The notes: generated by a model from the sequence alone, not told the origin. A stretch of 64,000 nt of DNA from Dehalococcoidia bacterium (GCA_965262725.1 OZ253555.1:736001-800000), one strand, 5' to 3'. Positions 10,201 through 20,689 are shown, counted from the first letter of the stretch. Numbers and translations: made by a program.

Positions 10201-10821
10201 CCCTGAGCAGGGCGCGGACACGCGTCTCCACGGTCGCCCGGAGCATTGCCTCATTGACTGTCCGCACGCTCAGCCGGCGAAGTGCGGACCAAGCTCGGTG
10301 CTCGCTACCGCAGATCGGGACGACGTGCTTGACGAACTGCCCGGAAAGCACGGCGTTTTGCTCGATGCGCGCACCGAAATCGTCGAACGACTCAGTCGCG
10401 CTAGACTGGTCAATCAGCCTCTCGACTTCGCTTGCGCTAGTGCCGGAGCTGAAAACTCCCTCGGCCCCACTGTCGACCTTCGCGATGAGGTCGCCGAGGA
10501 TGCTCCTCCCCGTGCGCCCCTCCTCGGTGAGACGACTGAGTGTCCAGTTGCCCTTCCCCTGCTGTCGCTTGATGGAGTGGTACTCGAGGGCACCGGAGCG
10601 TTTCGTCCGAACGAACTCGACCCCGGCGGCTTCGTCACCGATCGCTTCGATTGTCAGGTCGACGTATTGGCCGTCGATGAGGTCCAGTGCAGCATGAACC
10701 GCCCACAGGCCCTCGTATCGGTTCCCCAGCTTGTCAGCCTCGCCGCCGGATCTAGGCATTGTCTCCGCGGTCCACACGCATGGAGGTGATCGCAGGCTCC
10801 GGTCAAGATGGGGCTATCCTC

Positions 10822-10945
10822 GCCGACGCTGTCTGCAGGGAGGAAGCGGCTGCCGATGCCGCCGTGCGGCCGCCACGCATTGTAGCGACGGAGCCAGCGC
10901 GGGAGCTCGTGGCGGCGCGTCTCGCGCAGCCGCTCCCGCACCGGC
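10822..10945 (-). pseudogene. IS481-like transposase C-terminal relic
   Basis: Translates as RRHELPRWLRRYNAWRPHGGIG, matching the W-L-x-x-Y-N-x-x-R-P-H tail of IS481/IS3-type integrase cores. Confidence 0.55.
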
Positions 10946-11135
10946 GAGTCGTGGAAGCCCCCGTGAGACGCACTCAACTTGAAACACGACGCCGATCTGC
11001 AAGGCGCGGACATAATGCCGATCACGCTCCGCACCCGCAGATTCCCGTCCCCAATCCGTCCCCAATTGCTTATGTACTCAGCAGTTGGCCATCGGGTCGA
11101 CACCCGATGCTGAGGCGGATCTGAACCTGAGGTGG

Positions 11136-11232
11136 TGGCGGGAGTGCGTGGGAGTCGAACCCACCCAGGACTGCGACGCAGCCCCACGACGGTTTTGAAG
11201 ACCGCGGGCACCACCGGACACCATCCACTCCC
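11136..11232 (-). tRNA. selC: tRNA-Sec (anticodon TCA)
   Basis: GGGAGTGG...GCGGTCT-TCA-AAACCGT, long variable arm GGGGCTGC/GCAGTCCT, T-arm GTGGGTTCGACTCCCAC, 3' GCCA; 97 nt. Confidence 0.95.
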
Positions 11233-11405
11233 ACGGCCATTCTCGCGATCGGACCGGCTGCTGTCACCGTTCGTGTGCATTCGCCGAGCGGGCGTGCCAC
11301 GATCGGCCTCACCGGCACCCGTCTCGCCCGGCACACTCGCGTGAGGCCGCGCGGGAAGAGCCTCGGGAGCTCGTCGCGGAGTGGCGCGATCCGAGGGGAG
11401 CGCCC

Positions 11406-12644
11406 GTGACGATCGAAGGACGGGATCCGGCCTCACCCGCGGCCCGTCCCGGGCTCCTCGCGTCGTTCGAGGAGCCCGTCTTCCGGACGACCTGGCTCGG
11501 CGCCGTTCTCTTCGGCCTCGGCGTGTCGATGGAGCGGCTCGCGATCGGGTGGTTCGTACTCGACGAGACCGGCTCGATCCTCCTCGCCGCACTCTCCTTC
11601 GCGATCCGCACCGTGCCCAATCTCGTCATCGGTCCGATCGCCGGGGCCGTCTCCGACCGGTGGTCGCGCGCTCGCGTTCTGGCCGTGGCCGCCGCCGTGC
11701 GCATGGTCGCGGCGACCTTGATGGCGGTCACCGTCGCGGTCGATGTTACCGTGGTGCCGCTTCTCATCGCGCTCGCCGCCGTCTCGGGGTCGACGAACGC
11801 CTTCCAGATTACAGCGCTCCAGCCCCTGCAGGCCGACATCGTCGGTCGGGAGCGGCTCGGGAACGCCATCAGCCTGACCTCACTCGGTCAGAGGTCGATC
11901 GGCGTCGCCGGTGCCCTGAGCGGTGGCGTGCTCATCGGCTGGCTCGGCCCGGCGCCGGCCCTGCTCGTAAGTGTCGTGCCGCTCGCGCTGGCTGCACTGC
12001 TGTTCGCGCGCGCTCACCGCAAGGCGGCCCGCCCGAGGCCGGACGCGCGCTTCGCCGCGGAGGTCGTCGAGGGGTTGCGCCTGCTCGTGACCACGCCGAT
12101 GGTGCGGCTGCTGCTCGGGATGATGATCGTCATCGAGATTTTCGGGTTCGCCTACATGGGCCTGCTCCCCGCCGTCGCCGATCTCGTTCTGAGCGTCGGG
12201 CCCGAGGGCCTCGGCGTGCTGACGGCGGGCGCAGCCGTGGGCTCGATGCTGGGGATGCTGTTCCTGGTCGCTGTGGCAGATCGCCTGCGCCGTGGTCCGA
12301 TGCTGATCGGCGTGTTCGCGCTGTTCGGCGCGCTCCTTCTCGTGCTGGGGAACTCGACGCTCTTCTGGCTCTCCCTGGGGGCCGCCGCCGGGATCGGGGC
12401 CGCGGCGGCGATGGTCGACACGCTCGAGTGGATCATGCTGCAGCACGCCGTGCCCGCGTCGCTGCGCGGTCGGGCGGTCGGGGGCTGGAACTTCGCCATC
12501 GGCTGGGGATGGATCGGACCGATCACGCTGGGCGCCGTCGCCGAGGCGACCAACGTCTCGACCGCACTCACCGTCGGCGGGACGGTCCTTCTCGTCTCGG
12601 CGGTGGCGGTGTGGTTCGCCGCGGGGAGCATCCGGGCGCGGTGA
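11406..12644 (+). CDS. MFS transporter
   Basis: About 12 hydrophobic segments; GAVSDRWSR motif A. Confidence 0.9.
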   Translation: MTIEGRDPASPAARPGLLASFEEPVFRTTWLGAVLFGLGVSMERLAIGWFVLDETGSILLAALSFAIRTVPNLVIGPIAGAVSDRWSRARVLAVAAAVRMVAATLMAVTVAVDVTVVPLLIALAAVSGSTNAFQITALQPLQADIVGRERLGNAISLTSLGQRSIGVAGALSGGVLIGWLGPAPALLVSVVPLALAALLFARAHRKAARPRPDARFAAEVVEGLRLLVTTPMVRLLLGMMIVIEIFGFAYMGLLPAVADLVLSVGPEGLGVLTAGAAVGSMLGMLFLVAVADRLRRGPMLIGVFALFGALLLVLGNSTLFWLSLGAAAGIGAAAAMVDTLEWIMLQHAVPASLRGRAVGGWNFAIGWGWIGPITLGAVAEATNVSTALTVGGTVLLVSAVAVWFAAGSIRAR

Positions 12645-12731
12645 GCCGAGGCCGCCGCCGGCGCTCTCGGCGAGGGCCTGTGTTTCAATGGCGAGCGCGC
12701 AGGGGGCGGGTCGGATGACGGTGAGGCGCCG

Positions 12732-13568
12732 ATGACGGAACCGAGCTCCGTGCGCGTCGGCGCCATCGAGGTCGTCGCGCTCTACGACACGCCGCTCCGG
12801 CGCGCGTTCGGCTGGACCTTCCCCGACGTTCCGGCCGAGGCGTGGTCGTCGTACCGTGAGCTCTACCCGGCCGCGGGCTCGGGCGAGAACTTCACCTTCA
12901 ATACGCAGGGGTTTCTGCTGAGGACGCCGGAGCGGACGATCGTCGTCGACACAGGGTTGGGGCCCGGACCGCACGAGCGCCTCGGAGGCGTGCGCGGTCG
13001 CCTGCTCGATGAGCTGAGAGCGGCCGGCGTCACGCCGGGTGAGGTCGATATCGTGCTCTTCACGCACCTCCACGGCGACCACGTCGGCTGGAACGTGGTC
13101 GCCGGCGAGCCGTCCTTCTCCCGCGCGCGCCATCTCGTGCCCGAGCAGGACTGGCGCTACTTCGGGGATCCGGACCGCTCCGAGCGCTACCCCCATATCG
13201 CGCAGCAGGTAACGCCGCTTCAGGAGCGGGGCATGCTCGAGATGACGAGCGGCGAGGAGCAGCTCGCGCCGGGGGTGCGGCTACTTCCAACGCCCGGCCA
13301 CACGCCCGGCCACCAGAGCCTGCTGCTTGAGTCCGGCGGCGAGCGGGCGGTCTTGATCGGAGACGTCGCGCACCACCCGGCGCAGGTGCAGGAGACGTCG
13401 TGGGGCCCGCGCTTCGACGAGGACTCGCAGGCGGCCGCCCGGACGCGGCGCCGGGTCATGGAGCAGCTCGAGTCGGAGTCCCCCCTCGTCATCGCCGGTC
13501 ATTTCCCCGCTCCGGGCTTCGGGCGCGTCGTACGCCTCGAGGGCCGGCGCATCTTCCGGGCCCTCTAA
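12732..13568 (+). CDS. MBL-fold metallo-hydrolase (AHL-lactonase/OPH-like)
   Basis: THLHGDHVG, TPGHTPGH, GDVAH, AGHF motifs. Confidence 0.92.
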   Translation: MTEPSSVRVGAIEVVALYDTPLRRAFGWTFPDVPAEAWSSYRELYPAAGSGENFTFNTQGFLLRTPERTIVVDTGLGPGPHERLGGVRGRLLDELRAAGVTPGEVDIVLFTHLHGDHVGWNVVAGEPSFSRARHLVPEQDWRYFGDPDRSERYPHIAQQVTPLQERGMLEMTSGEEQLAPGVRLLPTPGHTPGHQSLLLESGGERAVLIGDVAHHPAQVQETSWGPRFDEDSQAAARTRRRVMEQLESESPLVIAGHFPAPGFGRVVRLEGRRIFRAL

Positions 13569-13600
13569 CGCCCGGGTCCGGATCGCCGCGGGGCGAGGAG

Positions 13601-14908
13601 GTGCGCTTCCGGGACGTCCCAGGCGGCCCCGGTCGGCCCTCGGGCGGGCGCGGCGCAAGGCCTCGCATCTTCTTCGGCTGGTACATCGTCGCCGCCGGTC
13701 TCGTCACCAATCTCGTGATGGGCGCCGGACTCGTCGGCTACGTCCCGGGCGTCTTCCTGGAGCCGATGACCGAGGAGCTGGGCTGGACACGCACGGAGTT
13801 CATCGTCGCCTTCATCGGAGGCCAGGTCGTCATGGCGTTCTCCGGCCTCGCCGTGGGCGGGCTGATCGACCGGCACGGCGGCCGTCCCCTGGTGCTCGCC
13901 GGCAGTGCCATCACCATCGTGACCCTGCTCCTGACCGCCGAGGTGCGTGAGCTGTGGCAGTGGTGGCTGTTGCGCGGACTGCTGCAGTCCACGGGGATCG
14001 CCATTGCGGGATCTCTGGTCGTCAGCGTCACGCTCTCGAAGTGGTTCGTGGCGCGCCGGGGCCGTGCGATCGCGATCGCGGCGATGGGTCTCTCGCTCGC
14101 GGGAGTGGTGGTGCCGAACGCGCTCACGCCGGTCGTCGACGAGTTCGGCTGGCGCGCCGGCTGGCGCGTGCTCGCGCTCGCGACGGCGGTGCTCGTGATA
14201 CCGGCGGCGCTCGCGATGAGGCGTCAGCCGGAGGATCAGGGGCTTCTGCCCGATGGCCGCCGGCAGGACGACTCAGACAGCGCGTCGGCTGCGATCGCCC
14301 GTCGGGACTTCGCGCGCTCGCTGACGCGGTCGCAGGCGCTGCGGACGTCGGCGTTCTGGCTGCTGATCGTCGCGTTCGGTCTCGTCGGCCTGAACGTGCT
14401 CTCGCTGGCGACGCAGGGGATCCCCTTCCTGACAGACGTCGGCTTCTCGCGCGGGACGGCGGCGCTCATGCTGTCGCTCCTGGCACTGCCGGGCCTGCTC
14501 ACGCGCCCGCTGTGGGGGCTGGCGGCCGAACGGATCTCCGTGCGACTGCTCGCGACGGCGGCGTTCGTCGCGGTCGCTGTGGGGATGCTCGCCGTCGTGG
14601 CGACCGCGCGGGCGGGGAGCACCCCCCTGGTCGCGGCCAGCTTCCTCACCGTCGGTCTCGGGATGGCCGGCTTCGCCCCCCTGAACGAGCTGCTCTGGGC
14701 CACGCTGTTCGGGCGCCGCTACCTGGGCGCCGTGCGCGGCGTCGTGATGCCCTTTTCGGTGGTCTTCGGCGCGGCGGGTCCGCTCGGTCTCGCGCTCTAC
14801 CACGACATCGTGGGGAACTACGACGGCATCCTCGTCGTCATGGGAGGGCTCGCCGTGCTCGCAGCCGTCCTGATGCAGTTCGTGCGCGATCCGTCCGCTC
14901 CCGGGTGA
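13601..14908 (+). CDS. MFS transporter (OFA/MCT-like)
   Basis: FFGWYIV start, GGLIDRHG, KWFVARRGRA; purine-rich GAGGAG immediately before GTG 13601; exact start uncertain. Confidence 0.9.
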   Translation: MRFRDVPGGPGRPSGGRGARPRIFFGWYIVAAGLVTNLVMGAGLVGYVPGVFLEPMTEELGWTRTEFIVAFIGGQVVMAFSGLAVGGLIDRHGGRPLVLAGSAITIVTLLLTAEVRELWQWWLLRGLLQSTGIAIAGSLVVSVTLSKWFVARRGRAIAIAAMGLSLAGVVVPNALTPVVDEFGWRAGWRVLALATAVLVIPAALAMRRQPEDQGLLPDGRRQDDSDSASAAIARRDFARSLTRSQALRTSAFWLLIVAFGLVGLNVLSLATQGIPFLTDVGFSRGTAALMLSLLALPGLLTRPLWGLAAERISVRLLATAAFVAVAVGMLAVVATARAGSTPLVAASFLTVGLGMAGFAPLNELLWATLFGRRYLGAVRGVVMPFSVVFGAAGPLGLALYHDIVGNYDGILVVMGGLAVLAAVLMQFVRDPSAPG

Positions 14909-14920
14909 CCGGCCGCCCCG

Positions 14921-16189
14921 CTAGCCGCCGCCCCGCGGCGGCGGGTCGGGGTAGCGATCGCCGATCACGTCTCCCTGCGCGAGTGCGTCGATCTCGGGGT
15001 CGCTGTAGCCGACTTCGCGGAGAACCTCGCGGTTGTGCTCGCCGAGGAGGCCGCAGCGGCGATCCCAGCTCGGCGCATCGGGCGAGAGCCGCCACAGGAA
15101 GCCGCCCAGCAACCGGTTCGGCAGATAGGGGTGGTCGACGCTCTGGAACCACTCTCGCTCGTGTAGCTGGGGGGAGTAGAGCGGACCCTCCGGAGGATTC
15201 GCGGGAGCGCCGATCGCCCCGGCCGCCTGCACGCGGTCCGCGATCTCGTAGGGATCGCCGCTTCGCGCGAACTCGCCGACCGCCCGATCGACGGCCGCGC
15301 GCTCGCGAAGGCGCCCCGTGAGCGTCGCCCACGGGTGTCCGTCGGCGGCCCACTCCGGGTGGCCCATCGTGCGGGCGAGCGCCTCCCATTGCGCATCGTT
15401 CTCCGCCGCGATCACCACCCACCCGTCCTCCGTCGCGGCCCGGTAGCACCCGTGCGGCACCACGTGGGCTTCGGCGTTGCCCAGGCGCGGTGGCACGCGG
15501 CCGTTGAGCGTCCACTCCCCGAGCACGCCGGGGATCTGCGTCGCGAGCTCCTCGATCTGGGCGAGGTCGATGTAGCTCCCCGTGCCGGTCTCCTCGCGGC
15601 GTATAGACGCCGTGACGACGGCGAAGATGAGCGCGAGCGGCACGGTGGAGTCCGAGTGCAGCGTCGGGATCATCTCCTCGACGGGCGCGTCGGGATAACC
15701 GCGGACGGAGGCGAGCCCGGACATCGCCTCGAAGCCGACGCCGTACATCACGTAGCCCTGGTACGGCCCCTCCTGTCCCCAGCCGGCGAGGGAGATCATC
15801 GTGAGCCGGGGGTTCAGCGCGTGCACCGCCTGCCAGCCGAATCCGAGCCGCGTGATGGTGCCCGCCGAGAAGCTCTCCACCAGCACGTCTCCCCACCGCA
15901 CGAGCCGGCGGAGCACCTCCGCGCCCTCGGGCGTGCGGACGTCGACGGCGATGTTGCGCTTGTTGCGGTTGCCGTGGTGGTGCGTGTTGGCACGCTCGTA
16001 GACGGGTCCGGGACCGTCGGCGACCCGGGCGTCCGGGACGGTGAGCGGTCGTGTCGTGGAGGTCCGCGGGTAGCTCTCGAGCTTGATGACCTCGGCGCCG
16101 AGATCCCCCAGTAGCGAGCAGCCGAACGGTCCCGCCCAGACCTCGGCGAGCTCGATGACGCGCAGGCCCCGCAGCGCCTCGCTGCTCAT
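14921..16189 (-). CDS. CoA-transferase family III (CaiB/BaiF)
   Basis: LRGLRVIEL...AGPF...LGDLGAEVIKLE, NRNKR, candidate catalytic Asp in LHSDS, LGEHN. Confidence 0.93.
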   Translation of the reverse strand: MSSEALRGLRVIELAEVWAGPFGCSLLGDLGAEVIKLESYPRTSTTRPLTVPDARVADGPGPVYERANTHHHGNRNKRNIAVDVRTPEGAEVLRRLVRWGDVLVESFSAGTITRLGFGWQAVHALNPRLTMISLAGWGQEGPYQGYVMYGVGFEAMSGLASVRGYPDAPVEEMIPTLHSDSTVPLALIFAVVTASIRREETGTGSYIDLAQIEELATQIPGVLGEWTLNGRVPPRLGNAEAHVVPHGCYRAATEDGWVVIAAENDAQWEALARTMGHPEWAADGHPWATLTGRLRERAAVDRAVGEFARSGDPYEIADRVQAAGAIGAPANPPEGPLYSPQLHEREWFQSVDHPYLPNRLLGGFLWRLSPDAPSWDRRCGLLGEHNREVLREVGYSDPEIDALAQGDVIGDRYPDPPPRGGG

Positions 16190-16211
16190 CAGGGCTCCTT
16201 CCGCCCGCGCA

Positions 16212-17420
16212 TCATCCGGTCACGCCCGCCCGGAAGAGGGCTATCTGCTCGTCGGCGGAATAGCCGTGCTCGCCGAGAATCTCCGCGCCGTGCTCGCCGA
16301 GCGTCGGCGAGGGCCGCGCCCGCCAGGCGTCGCCGGTCACGCCGTCGAGGCGGAAGGGCGCACCGGCTATGGTCACGGTACCGACGCCGGGCTGCTCCAC
16401 CTCCACGTAGGAGCGTCTGGCCACCATCTGCGGATCCGCCATCACCTCGGAGGCGTCGAGCAGCGGCACGGCCATCGCCTGGTAACGCTGCATGTGCTCG
16501 AAGACCTCGTACTTCGTCCGCGAGGCGAGCCACTCGCGCAGGTGGGGCGCGAATTCATCGAAGTGCAGCGGCTTCTGTGAGAGGTCGGCGAAGCGCGGGT
16601 CGGCCGCGATCTCCGGCTTGCCGATCGCCTCGCAGACGCGGCTGAAGAAGGGCTCCCGACCCGCGGAGAAGAGCATGTGGCCATCGCGGCAGGGCCAGGC
16701 TCCCGCCGGGTACATCGCCCGCGACTGGCCCCCGGCCCGCGGCTGCACGGCGCCGTTGACCGCCCACAGGAAGAACGAGGTGTCGACGTTGCCCGTGATC
16801 GCCTCCACCGCCGAGATCTCGGCATCGCGTCGCCGCCCGTCCTGACGCCGGCCCCACAGGGCCGCGATCCCCACCGCCGCAGCTGTGGAGCCGACCTGGG
16901 CCATCCCCAGGAACGGCGCGTAGCGCAGGGGCTCGCGGCCCTGGATGGAGTGGCGGTGCGCCCGCGTCGACCAGGCGAAGAGCGAGAGGTCGTTCTCGAT
17001 CCGTCCCTCGTAGGGGCCGTCCATGCCGTGCGGGGTGATGACGACGGTGCATGGCCCCTCGTCGGGGTCGACCAGGGCGAGGATCCTGCGTGCGTCGGCG
17101 GGGGGCAGGTCGAGGATGAGCAGCTCGCACGCGGTCGCGAGGCGGCCGACGACCTCCCGACCCGAGGGCGTGCGGTGATCCAGGACCAGTGAGCGCTTTC
17201 CCGTGTTGAAGGCGAGGTGGAACGCGCCCGCATCGATGTGCGGGCGATCCCCCGGGAACGGCGGGACGCGCCGCGCCTCGCCCCCGCCCGGTGGCTCGAC
17301 CAGGATCACGGATCCGCCGAAATCGGAGAATCGCTTGGTGGCGGCGGCCGCCGCCACCGTGCCGCCCACCTCGACGACGCGCAGACCCTCAAGCGGCTGT
17401 CCCACGCACTCTCCCGTCAC
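16212..17420 (-). CDS. CoA-transferase family III (CaiB/BaiF), possibly non-catalytic subunit
   Basis: PLEGLRVVE, FNTGKRS, CRDG, SPTLGEH. Confidence 0.9.
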   Translation of the reverse strand: MTGECVGQPLEGLRVVEVGGTVAAAAATKRFSDFGGSVILVEPPGGGEARRVPPFPGDRPHIDAGAFHLAFNTGKRSLVLDHRTPSGREVVGRLATACELLILDLPPADARRILALVDPDEGPCTVVITPHGMDGPYEGRIENDLSLFAWSTRAHRHSIQGREPLRYAPFLGMAQVGSTAAAVGIAALWGRRQDGRRRDAEISAVEAITGNVDTSFFLWAVNGAVQPRAGGQSRAMYPAGAWPCRDGHMLFSAGREPFFSRVCEAIGKPEIAADPRFADLSQKPLHFDEFAPHLREWLASRTKYEVFEHMQRYQAMAVPLLDASEVMADPQMVARRSYVEVEQPGVGTVTIAGAPFRLDGVTGDAWRARPSPTLGEHGAEILGEHGYSADEQIALFRAGVTG

Positions 17421-17588
17421 GCACCTGTCGCTCGCCCGTGCTCCCCGCTCGCGCTCGCCGGATCATACGGCAGCGCACTCGGAGCCGGGCCCCGCACCGC
17501 GCCCGCCCGCCGCGACGGCTGGCCGCGCCCCCGGAGGCAGTCGGCCTGCCCGCGCCGTCGTCTCGGTCGCCCCGGCGGCGCGTCGCCC

Positions 17589-20500
17589 TCACGCCCCTCC
17601 CCGGCCGCCGTCGGCAGGGGAGGGGCAGAGCGCCTGCGCGAGGAGCTCCGCGCTGTGGAGCGGGGATCGCGTCGTGAAGTGGGTGATCTGCTGGCGGCAC
17701 GAGACACCCGTCACGGCGATGGCAGTGCCCTCCGGCGCGCTCTCGACGGCCGGAAAGAGCCGACGTTCCCCCATCTCGCGGGAGATCGCGTAGTGCTCGG
17801 CCTCGAAGCCGAAGGAGCCGGCCATGCCGCAGCAGGCGGAATCGATCAGCTCGGGCGCGTAGCCTGAGGCGGCGAGAGCGTCGAGGGTGGCGTCCATGCC
17901 GACCAGCGCCTTCTGGTGGCAGTGTCCGTGCACGAGGACGCGCCCCGGCGCGCCTTCGGCCTCGCGGCCGGCGCGCAGGGCAGCCATCGCCTCGGGGTCC
18001 TCTGCGGACACGCGCGCGACGAGCTCGTCGAGCAGCACGGCCTCGCGCGCCACGGTGGCCGCCGCTTCGTCGCGGAGGATGTCGGGGTACTCGTCGCGTA
18101 GCGCCAGCAGGCACGAGGGCTCGGTGCCGACGATCGGGACCCCACGCCGCGCGTATGGCGCGAGCGCGTCGACGTTGCGCCGCGCCCAGCGCCGCGCTGT
18201 GGGGAGCAGACCCTTGGAGATGGCGGGTCGGCCGCAGCAGCCCAGCCGCCTTACCAGGGTCACGCGGTACCCGAGCGCCTCGAGTACGCGCGTGGCGGCG
18301 GCCCCGACCTCCGGGTGGTGGAAGCGAGTGAAGGTGTCGTCGAAGAGCACGGCGTCGCCGCGCGCCGCCAGCCGCGTCGGATCCACGTCGCGGGTGTGCT
18401 CGGCGAACCAGCGGCGGAACCCTCGCCGCGCCAGCCGGGGAAACGGCCGCTCGCGGTGGACGCCGAGGAAGCGATGGGCGGCGTGCCGCGCCGGCCACGT
18501 CGCCGCGAGGGCGTTCGCGAGCGGGGCGACGCGGCTCCCCCACGCCGCGAGCCGGTGGACGTGCGCGAAGAGTCGGTCACGGTGCGGGATGCCGTGCTCT
18601 TCGTGGTAGAGCGCCAGCACCTCGCCCTTGAGCTTCGCCATATCGACGCCGGAGGGGCACTCGCTCTTGCACGCCTTGCACTCGACGCAGAGATCGAGCG
18701 CCTCGTGCACCCGCTCGCCGCGGAGCGCGGTGCGCGGGAGATCCCCCGCGAGGATGGCGCGCAGGAGGTTGGCGCGGCCGCGCGTGGAGTGCTCCTCGTC
18801 GCGCGTCACCATGTAGGAGGGGCACATCGCGCCGTCCTCCTTGCGGCAGGTTCCCTGCCCGTTGCACAGCTCGACGGCGCGCGCGAGGCCCCCCTGCGCC
18901 GAGAAGTCGAACACGGTCTGCGGCTCGCGGTTCTGCGTGGTCGGCGAGAGACGCAGGTTGGACGCGAAGGGAGGCGTGTCCACGATCTTGCCGGGGTTGA
19001 GCAGCCCATGCGGATCGAAGGTGCGCTTGACGGCGCGGAACGCCTCGGTGAGCTCTGCGCCGAACATCCGCTCCACGAAGGCGCCGCGCAGGATGCCGTC
19101 TCCGTGCTCCCCGGAGAGCGAGCCGCCGAACTCCAGCACGAGATCGGCGATCGCCGAGGCGAGCGACTCCATCGTCTCAAGGCCCGCGGCCCGCTTCACG
19201 TTCACCAGCGGGCGGATGTGGAGGCAGCCGACGGAGGCGTGACCGTAGTAGCCGGCGGTCGTGCCGTGGCGTGCCACCACCTCCTGGAAGCGCCGCACGA
19301 AGGCCGGGAGGCGCTCGGGCGCGACCGCCGCGTCCTCGACGAAGGCGAGCGGCTTGGCGTCGCCGGTCACGCTCATGAGGAGGCCCAGCCCCGCCTCGCG
19401 CACCCCCCACATGCGGCGCTGCCTCGCCGGATCGAGCTCCGTGACGGTGGCGTAGCCCAGGCCGCGCGCCGAGAAGTCCTCCGTGAGCGCGGCGAGCCGC
19501 GACGACAGCTCCTCCTCCGTGTCCCCGAAGAACTCGATCAGGAGCAGCGCTCCGGGATCACCCTGGATGTAGTCGGCGAGCGCGCGGTAGCCGGAGCTCT
19601 CCCGGCAGCGTTGCACGATCGTGTCGTCGATGAGCTCGACCGCGGCGGGTCGGTGTGCGAGGGAGGCGACGGTCGCCTCCGTCGCCTCGATCACGCTGTC
19701 GAAGTGCACGGCGGCGAGCGCGCGACGCGCCGGGAGCGGCGCCAGCCTCACGCGGGCCTCGGTGACGACCGCGAGCGTTCCCTCCGATCCGACCACGAGT
19801 CGCGAGAGGTCGACCTCTTCTCCGAGCAGCTCGTCGAGGTTGTAGCCGGAGACGCGGCGCTGGATACGCGGGAATCGCTCCGCGATCGCTCCGGCGTGCC
19901 GGCGCGCGATGGCCGGGATCTCGCGGTAGATCTCCCCCTCGAGGCCCGCGGTCCGGCGTCTCGCCTCGAGCGCATCGCCGGAGAGCGGCTGGAGCGTCGC
20001 CCGGCTGCCGTCTGACAGCACGACCTCGAGGGAGAGCACCTGGTCGATCGTCTTGCCGTAGAGCGGTGAGTGCGCGCCGCAGGAGTTGTTACCGATGCCG
20101 CCCCCGATCGTCGCGCGGTTCCGCGTCGAGGGATCGATGGGGTAGTGGAGGCCGTGGGGCGCTGCGGCGCGGTTGAGAGCGTCGAGGACCAGTCCCGGCT
20201 GCACGCGGGCCCAGCCCTCCGTGGCGTTGATCTCCAGTACCTCCCCCATGTGCGGCGTGAAGTCGAGCACGATGGCGTGGTTGACGCCCTGGCCGGCCAG
20301 GCTGGTCCCGCCGCCGCGGGGAAGCACGGGCACGCCGTAGAGCGCGGCGACGCCCAGGACGTACTCCACGTCCTCGGTCGTGCGCGGGAAGACCACGCAC
20401 ACCGGCTCCATCTGGTAGATCGAGGCATCGGTCGCGTAGATCCGTCGGGAGGCGCGGTCGGCGCGCACGTCCGATGCGCCGCCGCTGAGCCCATCGGCGA

Positions 20501-20597
20501 GGTCGCCACCGAGGGCGAGGATCCCCTCCTCGCCGAGGGCGAGGGCGGTGGCAACGCTCGCGTGATGCACCCCCGGGGGTGGGATGCTCGCGGTCAC
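17589..20597 (-). CDS. FAD-linked oxidase with 4Fe-4S and CCG domains (YdiJ/GlcDF-like 2-hydroxyacid dehydrogenase)
   Basis: PRGGGTSLAGQ, GSEGTL, SGEHGDG, LNPGKI, CVECKACKSECP, CCG motifs. Confidence 0.93.
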   Translation of the reverse strand: MTASIPPPGVHHASVATALALGEEGILALGGDLADGLSGGASDVRADRASRRIYATDASIYQMEPVCVVFPRTTEDVEYVLGVAALYGVPVLPRGGGTSLAGQGVNHAIVLDFTPHMGEVLEINATEGWARVQPGLVLDALNRAAAPHGLHYPIDPSTRNRATIGGGIGNNSCGAHSPLYGKTIDQVLSLEVVLSDGSRATLQPLSGDALEARRRTAGLEGEIYREIPAIARRHAGAIAERFPRIQRRVSGYNLDELLGEEVDLSRLVVGSEGTLAVVTEARVRLAPLPARRALAAVHFDSVIEATEATVASLAHRPAAVELIDDTIVQRCRESSGYRALADYIQGDPGALLLIEFFGDTEEELSSRLAALTEDFSARGLGYATVTELDPARQRRMWGVREAGLGLLMSVTGDAKPLAFVEDAAVAPERLPAFVRRFQEVVARHGTTAGYYGHASVGCLHIRPLVNVKRAAGLETMESLASAIADLVLEFGGSLSGEHGDGILRGAFVERMFGAELTEAFRAVKRTFDPHGLLNPGKIVDTPPFASNLRLSPTTQNREPQTVFDFSAQGGLARAVELCNGQGTCRKEDGAMCPSYMVTRDEEHSTRGRANLLRAILAGDLPRTALRGERVHEALDLCVECKACKSECPSGVDMAKLKGEVLALYHEEHGIPHRDRLFAHVHRLAAWGSRVAPLANALAATWPARHAAHRFLGVHRERPFPRLARRGFRRWFAEHTRDVDPTRLAARGDAVLFDDTFTRFHHPEVGAAATRVLEALGYRVTLVRRLGCCGRPAISKGLLPTARRWARRNVDALAPYARRGVPIVGTEPSCLLALRDEYPDILRDEAAATVAREAVLLDELVARVSAEDPEAMAALRAGREAEGAPGRVLVHGHCHQKALVGMDATLDALAASGYAPELIDSACCGMAGSFGFEAEHYAISREMGERRLFPAVESAPEGTAIAVTGVSCRQQITHFTTRSPLHSAELLAQALCPSPADGGRGGA

Positions 20598-20689
20598 GCC
20601 CGGCCTCCCGCTTCCTTGAGCCCTGCTCGGGCGCCGAGCGTAGCATGAGAGCCGCGGCAGCCCGCGAGCTGGAACGGAGGGGCGGCGCG

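Larger units (their letters stand above)
3832..10759 (-). pseudogene. Large nuclease-STAND/NACHT ATPase (Avs-like anti-phage protein), ~1500 aa, interrupted by IS5 and IS630
   Basis: N-part 10759-7206: GGEADKLGNRYE...GVEF...EYHSIKRQ nuclease-like domain, Walker A GAAGSGKS, Walker B VLVVDQLD, FFHESFFDY. C-part 4821-3832: EDDW...QAINSARG and helical repeats. Confidence 0.8.

Noticed and set aside
11136-11232. G-G mismatch at the base of the tRNA-Sec acceptor stem as a sign of pseudogenisation
   Set aside because: All other arms, the anticodon and CCA are intact; one junction mismatch is not enough evidence.
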